Source: an uncultured Actinomycetota bacterium (lineage in GTDB: Bacteria > Actinomycetota > Actinomycetes > JAHEKZ01). Taken from it: a DNA stretch of 64,000 nt. This document shows, piece after piece, positions 30,984 through 39,260 of the stretch (positions within the stretch are counted from its first letter, which is position 1; each line of letters begins with the position of its first letter). A program made the position numbers and the translations under genes. The notes under the pieces were generated by a model. It was given only the letters and a program-made list of their open reading frames with translations, ran no database searches and had not been told where the DNA came from. Where the stretch lies: assembly GCA_963718235.1 (NCBI GenBank), contig CAVQYR010000002.1:512001-576000 (forward strand). Direction: 5' to 3'.

Positions 30984-31709
30984 CCCGTCCAGGGCGCTGA
31001 TCCGCCCGCCTGCCTCCTCGACGATCGGCACGAGGGCCGCCATGTCCCAGGTACCGAGCTGCGGTTCGACCGCCACGTCGATGGCTCCCTCGGCGACGAG
31101 CATGTGCGACCAGAAGTCGCCGTAGGCGCGGCTACGCCAGGACCGGTCGAGGAGCCTGTGGAATCCCGCCGCCGAGCCGGTGGCGGCCCACGCGGGGTCG
31201 GTGATCTCGGAGAACGACACCGAGGCGTCCTCGACGTGGGACACCGCTGAAACGCGCAGGGGGCGCGCGTCGCTGAGCCTGTGACCGGTCCACGCCCCGT
31301 GCCCGCGGGCCGCCCACCACCGAAGGCCCAGGGCGGGTGCGGAGACGACGCCCACCACGACCTCGTCGTCGTGCACCAGGCCGATCAGGCTGGCCCACAC
31401 CGGAACGCCGCGCACGTAGTTCTTCGTGCCGTCGATCGGGTCGAGCACCCACTGCCGGCTCGCGTCACCCGTCACGCCGAACTCCTCGCCGAGAACGGAG
31501 TCGGTCGGGCGCTCGCGGCTCAGCGTCTCTCGCAGCGCCTCCTCGGCGGCGCGGTCGGCGTCACTGACCGGCGTGAGGTCCGGCTTGGTGTCGATCACGA
31601 GGTCGAGCGCACGGAACCGGTTCACGGTGATCGCGTCGGCCTCGTCGGCCAGGCGGAAGGCGAGCTGCAGGTCCTCGCCGAGGTCGGTCTGGCTCCCCTT
31701 GGTGGTCAT
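30891..31709 (-). CDS. hisN: Histidinol-phosphatase (inositol monophosphatase family)
   Basis: KPDLTPVSDAD, GEEFG, WVLDPIDGTKNYVRGVPVW, RAYGDFWS, WDMAA. Confidence 0.88.
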   Translation of the reverse strand: MTTKGSQTDLGEDLQLAFRLADEADAITVNRFRALDLVIDTKPDLTPVSDADRAAEEALRETLSRERPTDSVLGEEFGVTGDASRQWVLDPIDGTKNYVRGVPVWASLIGLVHDDEVVVGVVSAPALGLRWWAARGHGAWTGHRLSDARPLRVSAVSHVEDASVSFSEITDPAWAATGSAAGFHRLLDRSWRSRAYGDFWSHMLVAEGAIDVAVEPQLGTWDMAALVPIVEEAGGRISALDGSDPLVGGNALSTNGLLHREVLGLLDPADAG

Positions 31710-31836
31710 GCGTTCACGCTACCGCCGCCGGATCGGGTCGGGGTGGCCGAGCGTTTCGCTAAGGGTCGGGTAAGGCCGGGCCAACGCCGCGTGTTGACGT
31801 TGGAGACAGGAGAACGAGCGGGGTTGACTGGTGGCC

Positions 31837-32316
31837 ATGCCTGACAATGTCTTCGGAATCCCCGTCCACCCCCTGGTCGTGCACGCTGTCGTGGTTCTGA
31901 TTCCTCTTGCCTCGCTCGGTGTGATCGCAATCGCGTTCGTGCCGAAGTGGCGCCAGCGGTTCGGTGGGCTCGTGGCCCTCGTCACCCTTGCAGCTGTCGC
32001 CATGGTGCCGGTGGCGACCCAGAGCGGCGAGCAGCTCGAGGAGGCGGTTGGCGAGACACCGTCGCTGGAGAACCACATCGAGCTTGGGAACGCGATGCTC
32101 TACTTCGCTCTCCCGTTGCTGGCAGCCGCCGTGGCCCTGTGGTGGCTCGGTCGACGGGAGGCGGAGCGCCGGCCGTACGGACGGGGGATCACTCTCGCGG
32201 TGGGTGTCGTGTCGGTCGTGGTCGCTCTGGCCGCCACGGCGTGGATCGTGCGAGTCGGGCACTCCGGCGCCGAGTCCGTGTGGAGTGGGGTGGTCAACTC
32301 GATCTCGGCAGGGTGA
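31837..32316 (+). CDS. DUF2231-like membrane protein
   Basis: GIPVHPLVVHAVVVLIP, SGEQL, H..LG, VGHSGA..VW. Confidence 0.75.
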   Translation: MPDNVFGIPVHPLVVHAVVVLIPLASLGVIAIAFVPKWRQRFGGLVALVTLAAVAMVPVATQSGEQLEEAVGETPSLENHIELGNAMLYFALPLLAAAVALWWLGRREAERRPYGRGITLAVGVVSVVVALAATAWIVRVGHSGAESVWSGVVNSISAG

Positions 32317-32324
32317 CCCTCGGC

Positions 32325-33341
32325 CTACGGGTCGTCGTCGGTGGCTCCCCGGCTCGCGAGCAGTCGGCGCAGTGACGCCAACCGCTCCGGGTCGGCGTGG
32401 CCGTCGGCCACCCAGCGGTCCAATGCGCAGTGCTCGTCGTCGTGGCCGCACCCACGCGGACACTCCTCGGTGCCCGGCTCGAGGTCGGGGAAGGCGTGCA
32501 TGAAGCGGCCCAGCTCGACGTGGGCGAGCCCGAACGACCGGATCCCGGGTGTGTCGACCACCCAGCCGCCCTGGGGGAGCCGTAGGGCCACCGCCGAGGT
32601 CGAGGTGTGACGGCCCCGCCCGGTGACCACGTTCACGTGCCCGGTGCTTCGTGCGGCGTCCGGGACGAGTGCGTTGACCAGCGTCGACTTCCCCACCCCG
32701 GAGTGACCGATGAGCGCCGTCTCGTGGTCGCGCAGGAGTGCGGCGAGCTGGCTCAGGTCACCGCCGCGCCTCGTGACCACGAACGGGACTCCCAAGGAGT
32801 CGTAGGTTGCGCGCAGCGACTCGTCGCTGGCGAGGTCGCTCTTGGTGAGCACGAGCAGCGGTTGCAGCCCGCCGTCGAACGCGGCAACGAGTGCGCGGTC
32901 GATCAGGCGGGTCCGCGGCTCCGGGTCCGCCAGGGCGACGACGACGGCGAGCTGGTCGGCGTTGGCCACGATGATCCGCTCGTCGGTGTCGGTGTCGTCC
33001 GCACTGCGGTGAAGGACGCTCGTGCGGGCCCGCCGCCGCACGATCCGGGCGAGTGCGTCCGAGCCACCGGCGAGGTCACCGACCAGCGAGACACGGTCGC
33101 CCACGACGATTCCCTTGCGGCCCAGCTCGCGCGCCTTGACCGCGTAGAGCGCGCGGTCGCCCTCGTCGACGAGCTCGACGGTGAACCTTCCGCGGTCGAC
33201 GGCGGTCACGAAGCCTTCGGCGGCGTCGTCGTGCCCCGGTCGTACCTTGCTGCGCGGGCGGGCCTTTCCTCGGCCGGGGCGCACCCGGACGTCGTCCTCG
33301 TCGAGCTCTCGGCCCCGTGGACCGGCCCGCCGGGCGCTCAC
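32325..33341 (-). CDS. rsgA: Small ribosomal subunit biogenesis GTPase
   Basis: TKSD, GHSGVGKSTL, GRGRHTS, DTPG, CPRGCGH...C zinc site; GTGA overlap with aroA. Confidence 0.93.
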   Translation of the reverse strand: MSARRAGPRGRELDEDDVRVRPGRGKARPRSKVRPGHDDAAEGFVTAVDRGRFTVELVDEGDRALYAVKARELGRKGIVVGDRVSLVGDLAGGSDALARIVRRRARTSVLHRSADDTDTDERIIVANADQLAVVVALADPEPRTRLIDRALVAAFDGGLQPLLVLTKSDLASDESLRATYDSLGVPFVVTRRGGDLSQLAALLRDHETALIGHSGVGKSTLVNALVPDAARSTGHVNVVTGRGRHTSTSAVALRLPQGGWVVDTPGIRSFGLAHVELGRFMHAFPDLEPGTEECPRGCGHDDEHCALDRWVADGHADPERLASLRRLLASRGATDDDP

Positions 33342-34636
33342 GCGGCCGCCGAGCCGACCAGGCGATGCCACAGCTGCACGAACCCGGGGAGGGTCTTGCC
33401 GGTCGTGGCGATGTTCTCGACCGAAACACCAGCGACGCGCAGGCCGAGGATCGCCCCTGCGGTCGCCATCCGGTGGTCGTGGTAGGTGTGCCAGCGCCCG
33501 CCGGTCAGCGGCCGTGGCCTGATCGACAACCCGTCGTCGGTCACCGTGACGTCGCCCCCGAGGCGCGTGGCCTCGGCAGCGAGTGCGGCGAGCCGGTCGG
33601 TCTCGTGTCCCCTGAGGTAGTCGACCCCGCGGATCTGCGTCGGGCCGTCGGCCAGCAAGGCCAGGACGGCGACGGTGGGGGTGAGCTCGCCCAGGTCGCG
33701 CAGGTCGATCTCGCCGCCGCTGACCACACCGCGTCCACGAACGGTCACTCGCTCGTCGGTGAGGTCGACGGCACCCCCCAGCGCCTCGACCAGTGCCGTC
33801 ACCGGGCCGATGGCCTGGACACTGCGTCGACCCAGCCCGTCGAACCGCACGGTCCCTCCTGTGAGCAGGGCAGCAGCGATGAAGGGCGTGGCATTGGACA
33901 GGTCGGGCTCGACCGCCCAGTCCCGAGCGGTCACCTCAGACGGCTCGACCCGCCAGGTCTCGGTCCCGCCGTCCGGCACCGGCGCCGCGTTGACCTGGTG
34001 CGCCGCGAGCATCCGAAGGGTGAGGTCGATGTGCGGCCGGTTGGGTGCCACCCGCCCGGTGTTGCGCAGCGTCAGCCCCTCGTCGAAGCGGGCGGCGGAC
34101 AGCAGCAGCCCGGACACGAACTGCGAGGACTTCGAGACGTCGACGGACACGTCGCCGCCGGTGACCGACCCTGAGCCGACCACGGTGAAGGGAAGTGCCG
34201 ACGCCTCGTCGGAGACCGCGACGCCGCAGGCCCGCAGCGCCTGGAGGAGCGGGCCCATCGGTCGCCGTCGGGCCGCCGGGTCGCCGTCGAACAGGACGGG
34301 TCCGCGGGCCAGGGCAGCCACCGGGGGCACGAACCGCATCACCGTTCCGGCCAGCCCGCAGTCCACCGAGACGTGACCGTGCAGTGGGCCGGGCTGGACC
34401 GACCAGCTGGTCTCGTCTACGGGCTCGATGCCGACCCCGAGCGAGCGGAGCGCGTCGACCATGAGCTGGGTGTCTCGTGCAGCGAGCGCTCCACTGACGA
34501 CCGAAGGACCGTTCGCCAGAGCCGACAGGACGAGCGCCCGGTTGGTCATCGACTTCGAACCGGGAAGCGTGACCTCCGCGTCCACCGGTGTCGCGGCGAC
34601 GGGAGCGGGCCACCACATCTCGTCGCCGGTCGTCAC
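33338..34636 (-). CDS. aroA: 3-phosphoshikimate 1-carboxyvinyltransferase (EPSP synthase)
   Basis: LPGSKSMTNR, GLAGTVMRF, SSQFVSG, RGHETDR, DHRMA, KTLPGF. Confidence 0.96.
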   Translation of the reverse strand: MTTGDEMWWPAPVAATPVDAEVTLPGSKSMTNRALVLSALANGPSVVSGALAARDTQLMVDALRSLGVGIEPVDETSWSVQPGPLHGHVSVDCGLAGTVMRFVPPVAALARGPVLFDGDPAARRRPMGPLLQALRACGVAVSDEASALPFTVVGSGSVTGGDVSVDVSKSSQFVSGLLLSAARFDEGLTLRNTGRVAPNRPHIDLTLRMLAAHQVNAAPVPDGGTETWRVEPSEVTARDWAVEPDLSNATPFIAAALLTGGTVRFDGLGRRSVQAIGPVTALVEALGGAVDLTDERVTVRGRGVVSGGEIDLRDLGELTPTVAVLALLADGPTQIRGVDYLRGHETDRLAALAAEATRLGGDVTVTDDGLSIRPRPLTGGRWHTYHDHRMATAGAILGLRVAGVSVENIATTGKTLPGFVQLWHRLVGSAAA

Positions 34637-34704
34637 TTCCTCAGACTACCGAGCGCCGGGCGAGCGGCCTTCGAGCCGACGCGACCCGCGTCTAGGGTGG
34701 GCGC

Positions 34705-35490
34705 ATGTGCGGCAGGTACGCGGCAGCCAAGGACCCGGCTGCTCTCGTCGAGGAGTTCGAGGTCGAGGAGTCACTGGTCGACCAACCCCTTGCCGCCGAC
34801 TACAACGTGGCTCCGACCAAGCAGGTGTACGTCGTCGTCCAACGACGCGCCAAGGACGCGCCTGACGACGAGGTCGTGACCAGGCAGCTGAGGGTGGCCA
34901 AGTGGGGTCTGGTGCCGTCGTGGGCGAAGGACCCCGCGATCGGGTCACGGATGATCAACGCACGTGCGGAGACCCTGACCGAGAAGCCGGCGTACAAGCG
35001 GGCCTTCGCCGCCAGGCGTTGCCTGCTCCCGGCCGACGGCTACTACGAGTGGTACACCCCGGACAGTGCGTCGGCGGCGCCCAGAACGGCCAAGGGCAAG
35101 CCGCGCAAGCAGCCGTTCTACATCCACTCCGACGACGGTTCGTCGCTGGCGATGGCCGGGCTGTACGAGTGGTGGCACGACCCCAGCAAGGACCGGGACG
35201 ACCCCACGACCTGGCTGCTGACGACCACGGTGATCACCACGGCGGCAAGTGAGCAGGTGGGGCACATCCACGACCGCATGCCCCTGGTGGTGCCGAAGGC
35301 CGACTGGGCCGCCTGGCTGGACCCCGACCTGAAGGACCCGGCGCGGCTGGTGCCGGTGCTGGTGTCGGCGGGGACTCCCGCGCACTCGGTCGCGCTGACC
35401 GCGTACCCGGTGTCGACCGAGGTCAACGACGTCCGACACAACGGCCCTCAGCTGTTGGAGCCCCTGCCCCTCGACCACGCCGCGGAGTGA
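34705..35490 (+). CDS. SOS response-associated peptidase (SRAP/YedK/HMCES, abasic-site processing)
   Basis: MCGRY, YNVAPT, WGLVPSW, INARAET, GYYEW, IHDRMP. Confidence 0.93.
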   Translation: MCGRYAAAKDPAALVEEFEVEESLVDQPLAADYNVAPTKQVYVVVQRRAKDAPDDEVVTRQLRVAKWGLVPSWAKDPAIGSRMINARAETLTEKPAYKRAFAARRCLLPADGYYEWYTPDSASAAPRTAKGKPRKQPFYIHSDDGSSLAMAGLYEWWHDPSKDRDDPTTWLLTTTVITTAASEQVGHIHDRMPLVVPKADWAAWLDPDLKDPARLVPVLVSAGTPAHSVALTAYPVSTEVNDVRHNGPQLLEPLPLDHAAE

Positions 35491-36188
35491 CCCGAACCAG
35501 GCTGGTGCGGACCCCGCGCGGCCGGGCCCGGCTGCACGTCCATCTGGCGCCGATGTCGACCCGGGCGCTGCTCGTGCTGGGGCACGGAGCAGGCGGCGGG
35601 GTGGACGCCCCGGACCTGGCCGCGCTAGCCCGGTGGCTCCCCGCGCGGGGGGTGAGCGTGGTGCGGGTCGAGCAGCCTTGGAAGGTGGCCGGACGCCGGG
35701 TCGCCTCGCCTCCGACCTGGTTGGACGAGGCGTGGGTCCCTGCGGTGTCGGCGGCCCGACGCCTCTGCCCCGAGGTGCCAGTCGTCGTCGGAGGGCGGAG
35801 CGCAGGGGCGCGGGTCGCCTGTCGGTGTGCCCGGGCGACCGGCGCTCGGGGAGTGCTCGCCCTCGCCTTCCCGCTGCACCCGCCGCAGCGTCCCGAACGC
35901 AGCCGGGCCGGGGAGCTGGAGGTGCACCTGCCCCTGCTGGTGGTCCAGGGTGAGCGTGACGCCTTGGGGACGCCGGCCGAGCTGCGCGCCGCCTTGTCGC
36001 CGAGCGGCGGCTCTGGACGGGGGTCGCGCTCGGAGCTGGTGGCGATCCCGGCTGCCGACCACGGGTTCGGTGTGCCGCGCCGCGGGCCGATCACCCCCGC
36101 GGAGGTCGACAGCCTGATCGTGGAGGCGGTGGTGGGCTGGATCGCCGCGGTCGAGGCCGGCCGACCCGGTGGGGAATCTTCACCGTAG
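35487..36188 (+). CDS. Alpha/beta-hydrolase (KANSL3/Tex30-like)
   Basis: [32 protein letters not shown]. Confidence 0.8.
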   Translation: MTRTRLVRTPRGRARLHVHLAPMSTRALLVLGHGAGGGVDAPDLAALARWLPARGVSVVRVEQPWKVAGRRVASPPTWLDEAWVPAVSAARRLCPEVPVVVGGRSAGARVACRCARATGARGVLALAFPLHPPQRPERSRAGELEVHLPLLVVQGERDALGTPAELRAALSPSGGSGRGSRSELVAIPAADHGFGVPRRGPITPAEVDSLIVEAVVGWIAAVEAGRPGGESSP

Positions 36189-36200
36189 GCGGTGGCGTTG
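36173..36200 (+). promoter_or_regulatory. SigR/SigH-type autoregulatory promoter
   Basis: GGAAT (36173-36177)-N19-GTTG (36197-36200), 8 nt before the in-frame GTG at 36209. Confidence 0.65.
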
Positions 36201-36208
36201 CCCCTGGC

Positions 36209-36949
36209 GTGACGAGGACGAGTGCCCCACGGGCGCTGCAGGCACGGGGGGGCGATGGCGCGTCCCTCGCGCCGCTACCCTTCGGCGTGATGACTGACGA
36301 CACTCACGACACCCACGACGCTGACGGCGCTGCGGGCGACCCGGCCGACGAGAGCATCGAGCAGCGCACGGCTCGCTTCGAGCGCGACGCGCTGCCCTAC
36401 CTCGACCAGCTCTACGGAGCGGCCCTGCGGATGACGCGCAACCCGGCCGATGCCGAGGACCTCGTCCAGGAGACCTTCGCCAAGGCGTTCTCGGCCTTCC
36501 ACCAGTACCGCGACGGCACCAACCTCAAGGCCTGGCTCTACCGCATCCTGACGAACACGTTCATCAACACCTACCGCAAGAAGCAGCGGGAGCCCCAGCA
36601 GTCGATGGCCGAGGAGGTCGAGGACTGGCAGCTCGCCCGGGCCGCCGAGCACACGTCGGCAGGACTGCGCTCGGCGGAGGCGGAGGCCCTCGACCGGCTG
36701 CCGGACAGCGACATCAAGGATGCGCTGAACGAGCTCAGCGACGACTTCCGGCTCGCGGTCTACCTCGCCGACGTCGAGGGCTTCGCGTACAAGGAGATCG
36801 CCGACATCATGGGGACACCGATCGGCACGGTCATGTCCCGGCTGCATCGGGGGCGCAAGCAGCTGCGCACCCTTCTGGAGGACTACGCGATCGAGCGAGG
36901 GCTCATCCCCGCGACCACCGGCGGGGACCAGGAGGAGGAGGGGTCATGA
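36209..36949 (+). CDS. sigR: ECF sigma factor SigR/SigH (disulfide stress); alternative start at 36287/36290
   Basis: [59 protein letters not shown]. Confidence 0.93.
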   Translation: MTRTSAPRALQARGGDGASLAPLPFGVMTDDTHDTHDADGAAGDPADESIEQRTARFERDALPYLDQLYGAALRMTRNPADAEDLVQETFAKAFSAFHQYRDGTNLKAWLYRILTNTFINTYRKKQREPQQSMAEEVEDWQLARAAEHTSAGLRSAEAEALDRLPDSDIKDALNELSDDFRLAVYLADVEGFAYKEIADIMGTPIGTVMSRLHRGRKQLRTLLEDYAIERGLIPATTGGDQEEEGS

Positions 36950-37227
36950 GCTGCGGGAACCCGCACGCGGTCGACTGCTCGAAGGTGCTCGAGACCGTCT
37001 ACCTCTACCTCGACGGCGAGATCGACCACTCCGAGCTCGGGGTCATCCGAGAGCACCTCGACGAGTGTTCGCCGTGTCTTCGCGAGTACGGAATCGAACG
37101 CGAGGTCAAGCAGCTGGTGGCCCGTAGCTGCTGCGAGACGGCGCCGGAGTCGCTGCGGCACGCGGTGATCGCGCGGATCCGGGTGGTGCGCACCGAGATG
37201 ACCCAGGTGGAGTTCCGCGCCGACTGA
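36946..37227 (+). CDS. rsrA: Zinc-binding anti-sigma factor RsrA/RshA
   Basis: [19 protein letters not shown] motif, RSCC..AP..LR; ATGA overlap with sigR. Confidence 0.93.
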   Translation: MSCGNPHAVDCSKVLETVYLYLDGEIDHSELGVIREHLDECSPCLREYGIEREVKQLVARSCCETAPESLRHAVIARIRVVRTEMTQVEFRAD

Positions 37228-37265
37228 TCGTCGTTCGCACCGGACCAGGCCCGGCGAACGTCGGG

Positions 37266-37340
37266 TCAGGCGGCCGGCCGGTTACCGTGGTTGGCCTTCT
37301 TCTTCTTGCGGTCCTTGCGCTTGCGCGAGCTCTTGCTCAT
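37266..37340 (-). CDS. 50S ribosomal protein bL37 (24 aa)
   Basis: Manual translation MSKSSRKRKDRKKKKANHGNRPAA with GGAG RBS. It has the KANHG.RP signature and the rsrA/rshA-adjacent position of actinobacterial bL37. Confidence 0.85.
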   Translation of the reverse strand: MSKSSRKRKDRKKKKANHGNRPAA

Positions 37341-37364
37341 GGTGTCTCCAGGCTGGGTCGAGTC

Positions 37365-37390
37365 GGGTTCCGCTGGTGGGTTCCGCTGGT
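37365..37390. repeat. 13-bp tandem direct repeat x2 upstream of bL37
   Basis: GGGTTCCGCTGGT at 37365-37377 and 37378-37390. Confidence 0.8.
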
Positions 37391-37443
37391 GGCGGCGCGG
37401 CTCAGGTGAGCCCCGAGTTTCTCACAGGGCCCCACACCCTCGG

Positions 37444-38202
37444 TCAGCCGGCGATCCGGCGGTTGAGGGCATCGAGCACCGAGCGGGCTACCGCGTCGGC
37501 CTCGTCGCCTCGGATGACCGCGCTGCCACTGGTCGACTGTGGGCCGATCCGCGGCACGTTCACGACGAGCACGGTCAGGGCCACGCTGTGGATCCCGGCC
37601 TCGATCACCGTGACCGACTCGACCTCGGTCGGCAGCCCCAGCAGCGGCTCGAGGGCCGACAGGGTCGCCTGGGCCACGAGTCGATGACGGTAGGAGGCGG
37701 CTCCGGACCCTGACGCCGCGCCGTCGAAGGTCTCGTCGCCGAAGGCCAGTCGAACCACGGCCTCGGCCTCTGCGCCGGACGTGCGGACCGTCAGCGACGT
37801 GATTGCCGGCCGCACGGTCTCCTCCGAGTCAGCCTCGACGACGTCGTCGCGGACCGGCACCGGACCGGCCTCCTGAGACTCAGCCGCGAGGACGCTCGGT
37901 GCTGTCGGGGTCTGCGAGGTCGGCGCCTCGGCCGGGGGCCGGGTCGCCCCGTTGGGCGGGGTGGCGTCCTCCTCGCCGATCTGGACCACGCTCACGATCC
38001 GGTGGTCCAGATCGATGTCGTAGCGGGTCAGCGCCACCGACTGGACGTCGCGGACGAGCTGCTTGGCGGGCTTGCCCGGGGACGCCAGCACGTGGACCTC
38101 GGTCGGGACCGCTTTGGGGTCGGTGACCACACTGACCGCGCGGATCCCGGGGATCTGGCGCAGCGCGTCCTCCAGGGCGGGCAGCAGACGCAACGTGGGC
38201 AT
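37444..38202 (-). CDS. Conserved hypothetical two-domain protein
   Basis: N-domain EVHVLA...KQLVRDVQSV...IDLDHRIVSVVQ, Pro/Ala/Glu linker, C-domain ending GSAVIRGDEADAVARSVLDALNRRI; strong GC3 bias. Confidence 0.75.
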   Translation of the reverse strand: MPTLRLLPALEDALRQIPGIRAVSVVTDPKAVPTEVHVLASPGKPAKQLVRDVQSVALTRYDIDLDHRIVSVVQIGEEDATPPNGATRPPAEAPTSQTPTAPSVLAAESQEAGPVPVRDDVVEADSEETVRPAITSLTVRTSGAEAEAVVRLAFGDETFDGAASGSGAASYRHRLVAQATLSALEPLLGLPTEVESVTVIEAGIHSVALTVLVVNVPRIGPQSTSGSAVIRGDEADAVARSVLDALNRRIAG

Positions 38203-38256
38203 GAAGGTCAGTCTCTCTCGGGTATGGGTCACGGGGTTGCGCATCGGTCAGACAGG

Positions 38257-38673
38257 TCAGGGGTCGCTGGGCAGGACGGTGAGCCCGGCGACCAGGAGCC
38301 GACGGGGGGTGGGGTCGTAGGGAGCTTCGTCTCCAGCGTCACCCTCGTCGTAGGACGGCCCCTCGTCGAGGACGTCCTCGGTGGGTTCCTGGTCGAGGAT
38401 GTCCTCGTCACGAGCCTCGGCGCGGGCCTGTTCGAGGCCGAGCATCGCGGCCGGAACGGCCGTACGGGCGTGCTCGACGAGCCCTCGCACCGACTCCCGC
38501 TGGAGCCAGCGCAGCCGCCGGGCGGTGTCGGGGTCGAGGTGACCGCTGGCCACCGCCGCCGCCACCTCCTCGTCGAAGCGCTGGGTGGCGACGTCGTCAC
38601 GGACGTCCAGGAGACCGGCGACGAGGTCGCCGTAGGCGGCCGTCCTGGCCGAGCTGCGAGCCGTGTCGATCAC
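38257..38673 (-). CDS. Hypothetical helical protein with an acidic tail
   Basis: GGAGG then GTG; RTAAYGDLVAGLL..R.D.ATQRFDEEV...RRLRWLQRES...PRRLLVAGL. Confidence 0.65.
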   Translation of the reverse strand: MIDTARSSARTAAYGDLVAGLLDVRDDVATQRFDEEVAAAVASGHLDPDTARRLRWLQRESVRGLVEHARTAVPAAMLGLEQARAEARDEDILDQEPTEDVLDEGPSYDEGDAGDEAPYDPTPRRLLVAGLTVLPSDP

Positions 38674-38810
38674 CGGATGTGCCTCCCCCCAACCGTCGCC
38701 CGCCCGCGCAGCGGGCACGCCGCGTGAGGACGAGGCTAGGGCAGCGAGATCGCCGCTGAGCCAGGGCCGGGTACAAGCCTGCGCCATTCGGGTTGGGGCT
38801 AGTGCTTGAT

Positions 38811-38839
38811 GACTATTTCTTATAGTCCAGAAGGACTAT
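38811..38839. promoter_or_regulatory. AT-rich triple-site operator candidate between divergent genes
   Basis: GACTAT (38811)-ttctt-ATAGTCC (38822)-agaa-GGACTAT (38833): two overlapping inverted repeats sharing the middle site. Confidence 0.5.
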
Positions 38840-38944
38840 GTGCGCACGACGGTTCGGGATCGACCTGCCCGGTGTCTTGACGGCACCACCCGTCACACCC
38901 TTCACTTCCGTTCGGTGGCATGTCTGATTTATCCCAGGCAGCCC

Positions 38945-38976
38945 CGGCACAGCACGACGGCACAGCACGACGGCAC
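38945..38976 (+). repeat. 13-bp tandem repeat, about 2.5 copies
   Basis: CGGCACAGCACGA x2 followed by CGGCAC. Confidence 0.8.
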
Positions 38977-38987
38977 TCACCACAACT

Positions 38988-39238
38988 GCACAGGGCGAAG
39001 CCAGGATCGGCAGCATTGGGGGTTCGACCCCGTCGTCCTCGTGACGACGGGCACGAGCTTTGTTTCATCCAGCGGAGCGAATCGCGCGCGAGCCAACCAG
39101 CGGGGCTCGTGACACTCCAACGGAGGTGATTCCCACCGATGAGCAAGATCGTGGCAGCTGTCGAGCGTGCCCTCGCCGCAGGCGCAGGGTGGGCCTGGAA
39201 CTGACCCCACAGCTGCCGATCCTGGTTTCGCCCTTTGC
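38988..39238 (+). ncRNA. Structured leader RNA closed by a 27-bp long-range stem, with internal hairpins and a small ORF
   Basis: GCACAGGGCGAAGCCAGGATCGGCAGC (38988-39014) pairs with GCTGCCGATCCTGGTTTCGCCCTTTGC (39212-39238): 25 Watson-Crick pairs, 1 G-U, 1 mismatch. Internal 9-bp hairpin CCCGTCGTC/GACGACGGG (39029-39051). Confidence 0.55.
39139..39204 (+). CDS. 21-aa small peptide MSKIVAAVERALAAGAGWAWN
   Basis: GGAGGTGA Shine-Dalgarno at 39122-39129, ATG 39139, TGA 39202-39204; below the ORF-track size cutoff. Confidence 0.65.
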   Translation: MSKIVAAVERALAAGAGWAWN

Positions 39239-39260
39239 GCCTTCCCCAGGAGTGGAGCCG

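Noticed and set aside
39017-39035. GGGGTTCGACCCC resembling a tRNA T-arm
   Set aside because: No acceptor, D or anticodon arms can be formed, and the 5-bp stem/7-nt loop geometry does not fit.
37365-39104. Shared CCAGCGG in the bL37 leader and the peptide leader
   Set aside because: A 7-mer of high GC content is expected by chance in this sequence.
3195-39204. Idea that the radical SAM/SPASM enzyme matures the W-A-W peptide as a darobactin/triceptide-like RiPP
   Set aside because: The enzyme has typical anSME and SEC-C signatures and lies about 35 kb away; no maturase, protease or exporter is adjacent to the peptide.
38988-39238. MITE or invertible DNA segment bounded by 27-bp terminal repeats
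   Set aside because: No flanking target-site duplication, no second copy and no recombinase in the window; wobble pairs favour + strand RNA pairing. Disfavoured rather than excluded.
38940-39260. c-di-GMP-I/II riboswitch in the HD-GYP leader
   Set aside because: I could not find the two-hairpin GEMM pattern with tetraloop and receptor, or the class II kink-turn/pseudoknot, by eye. An Rfam scan is still needed.
39139-39260. Classical tryptophan attenuator
   Set aside because: The Trp codons are not tandem, the downstream genes are unrelated to Trp metabolism, and there is no clear U-tailed terminator hairpin. A non-classical cis role remains possible.
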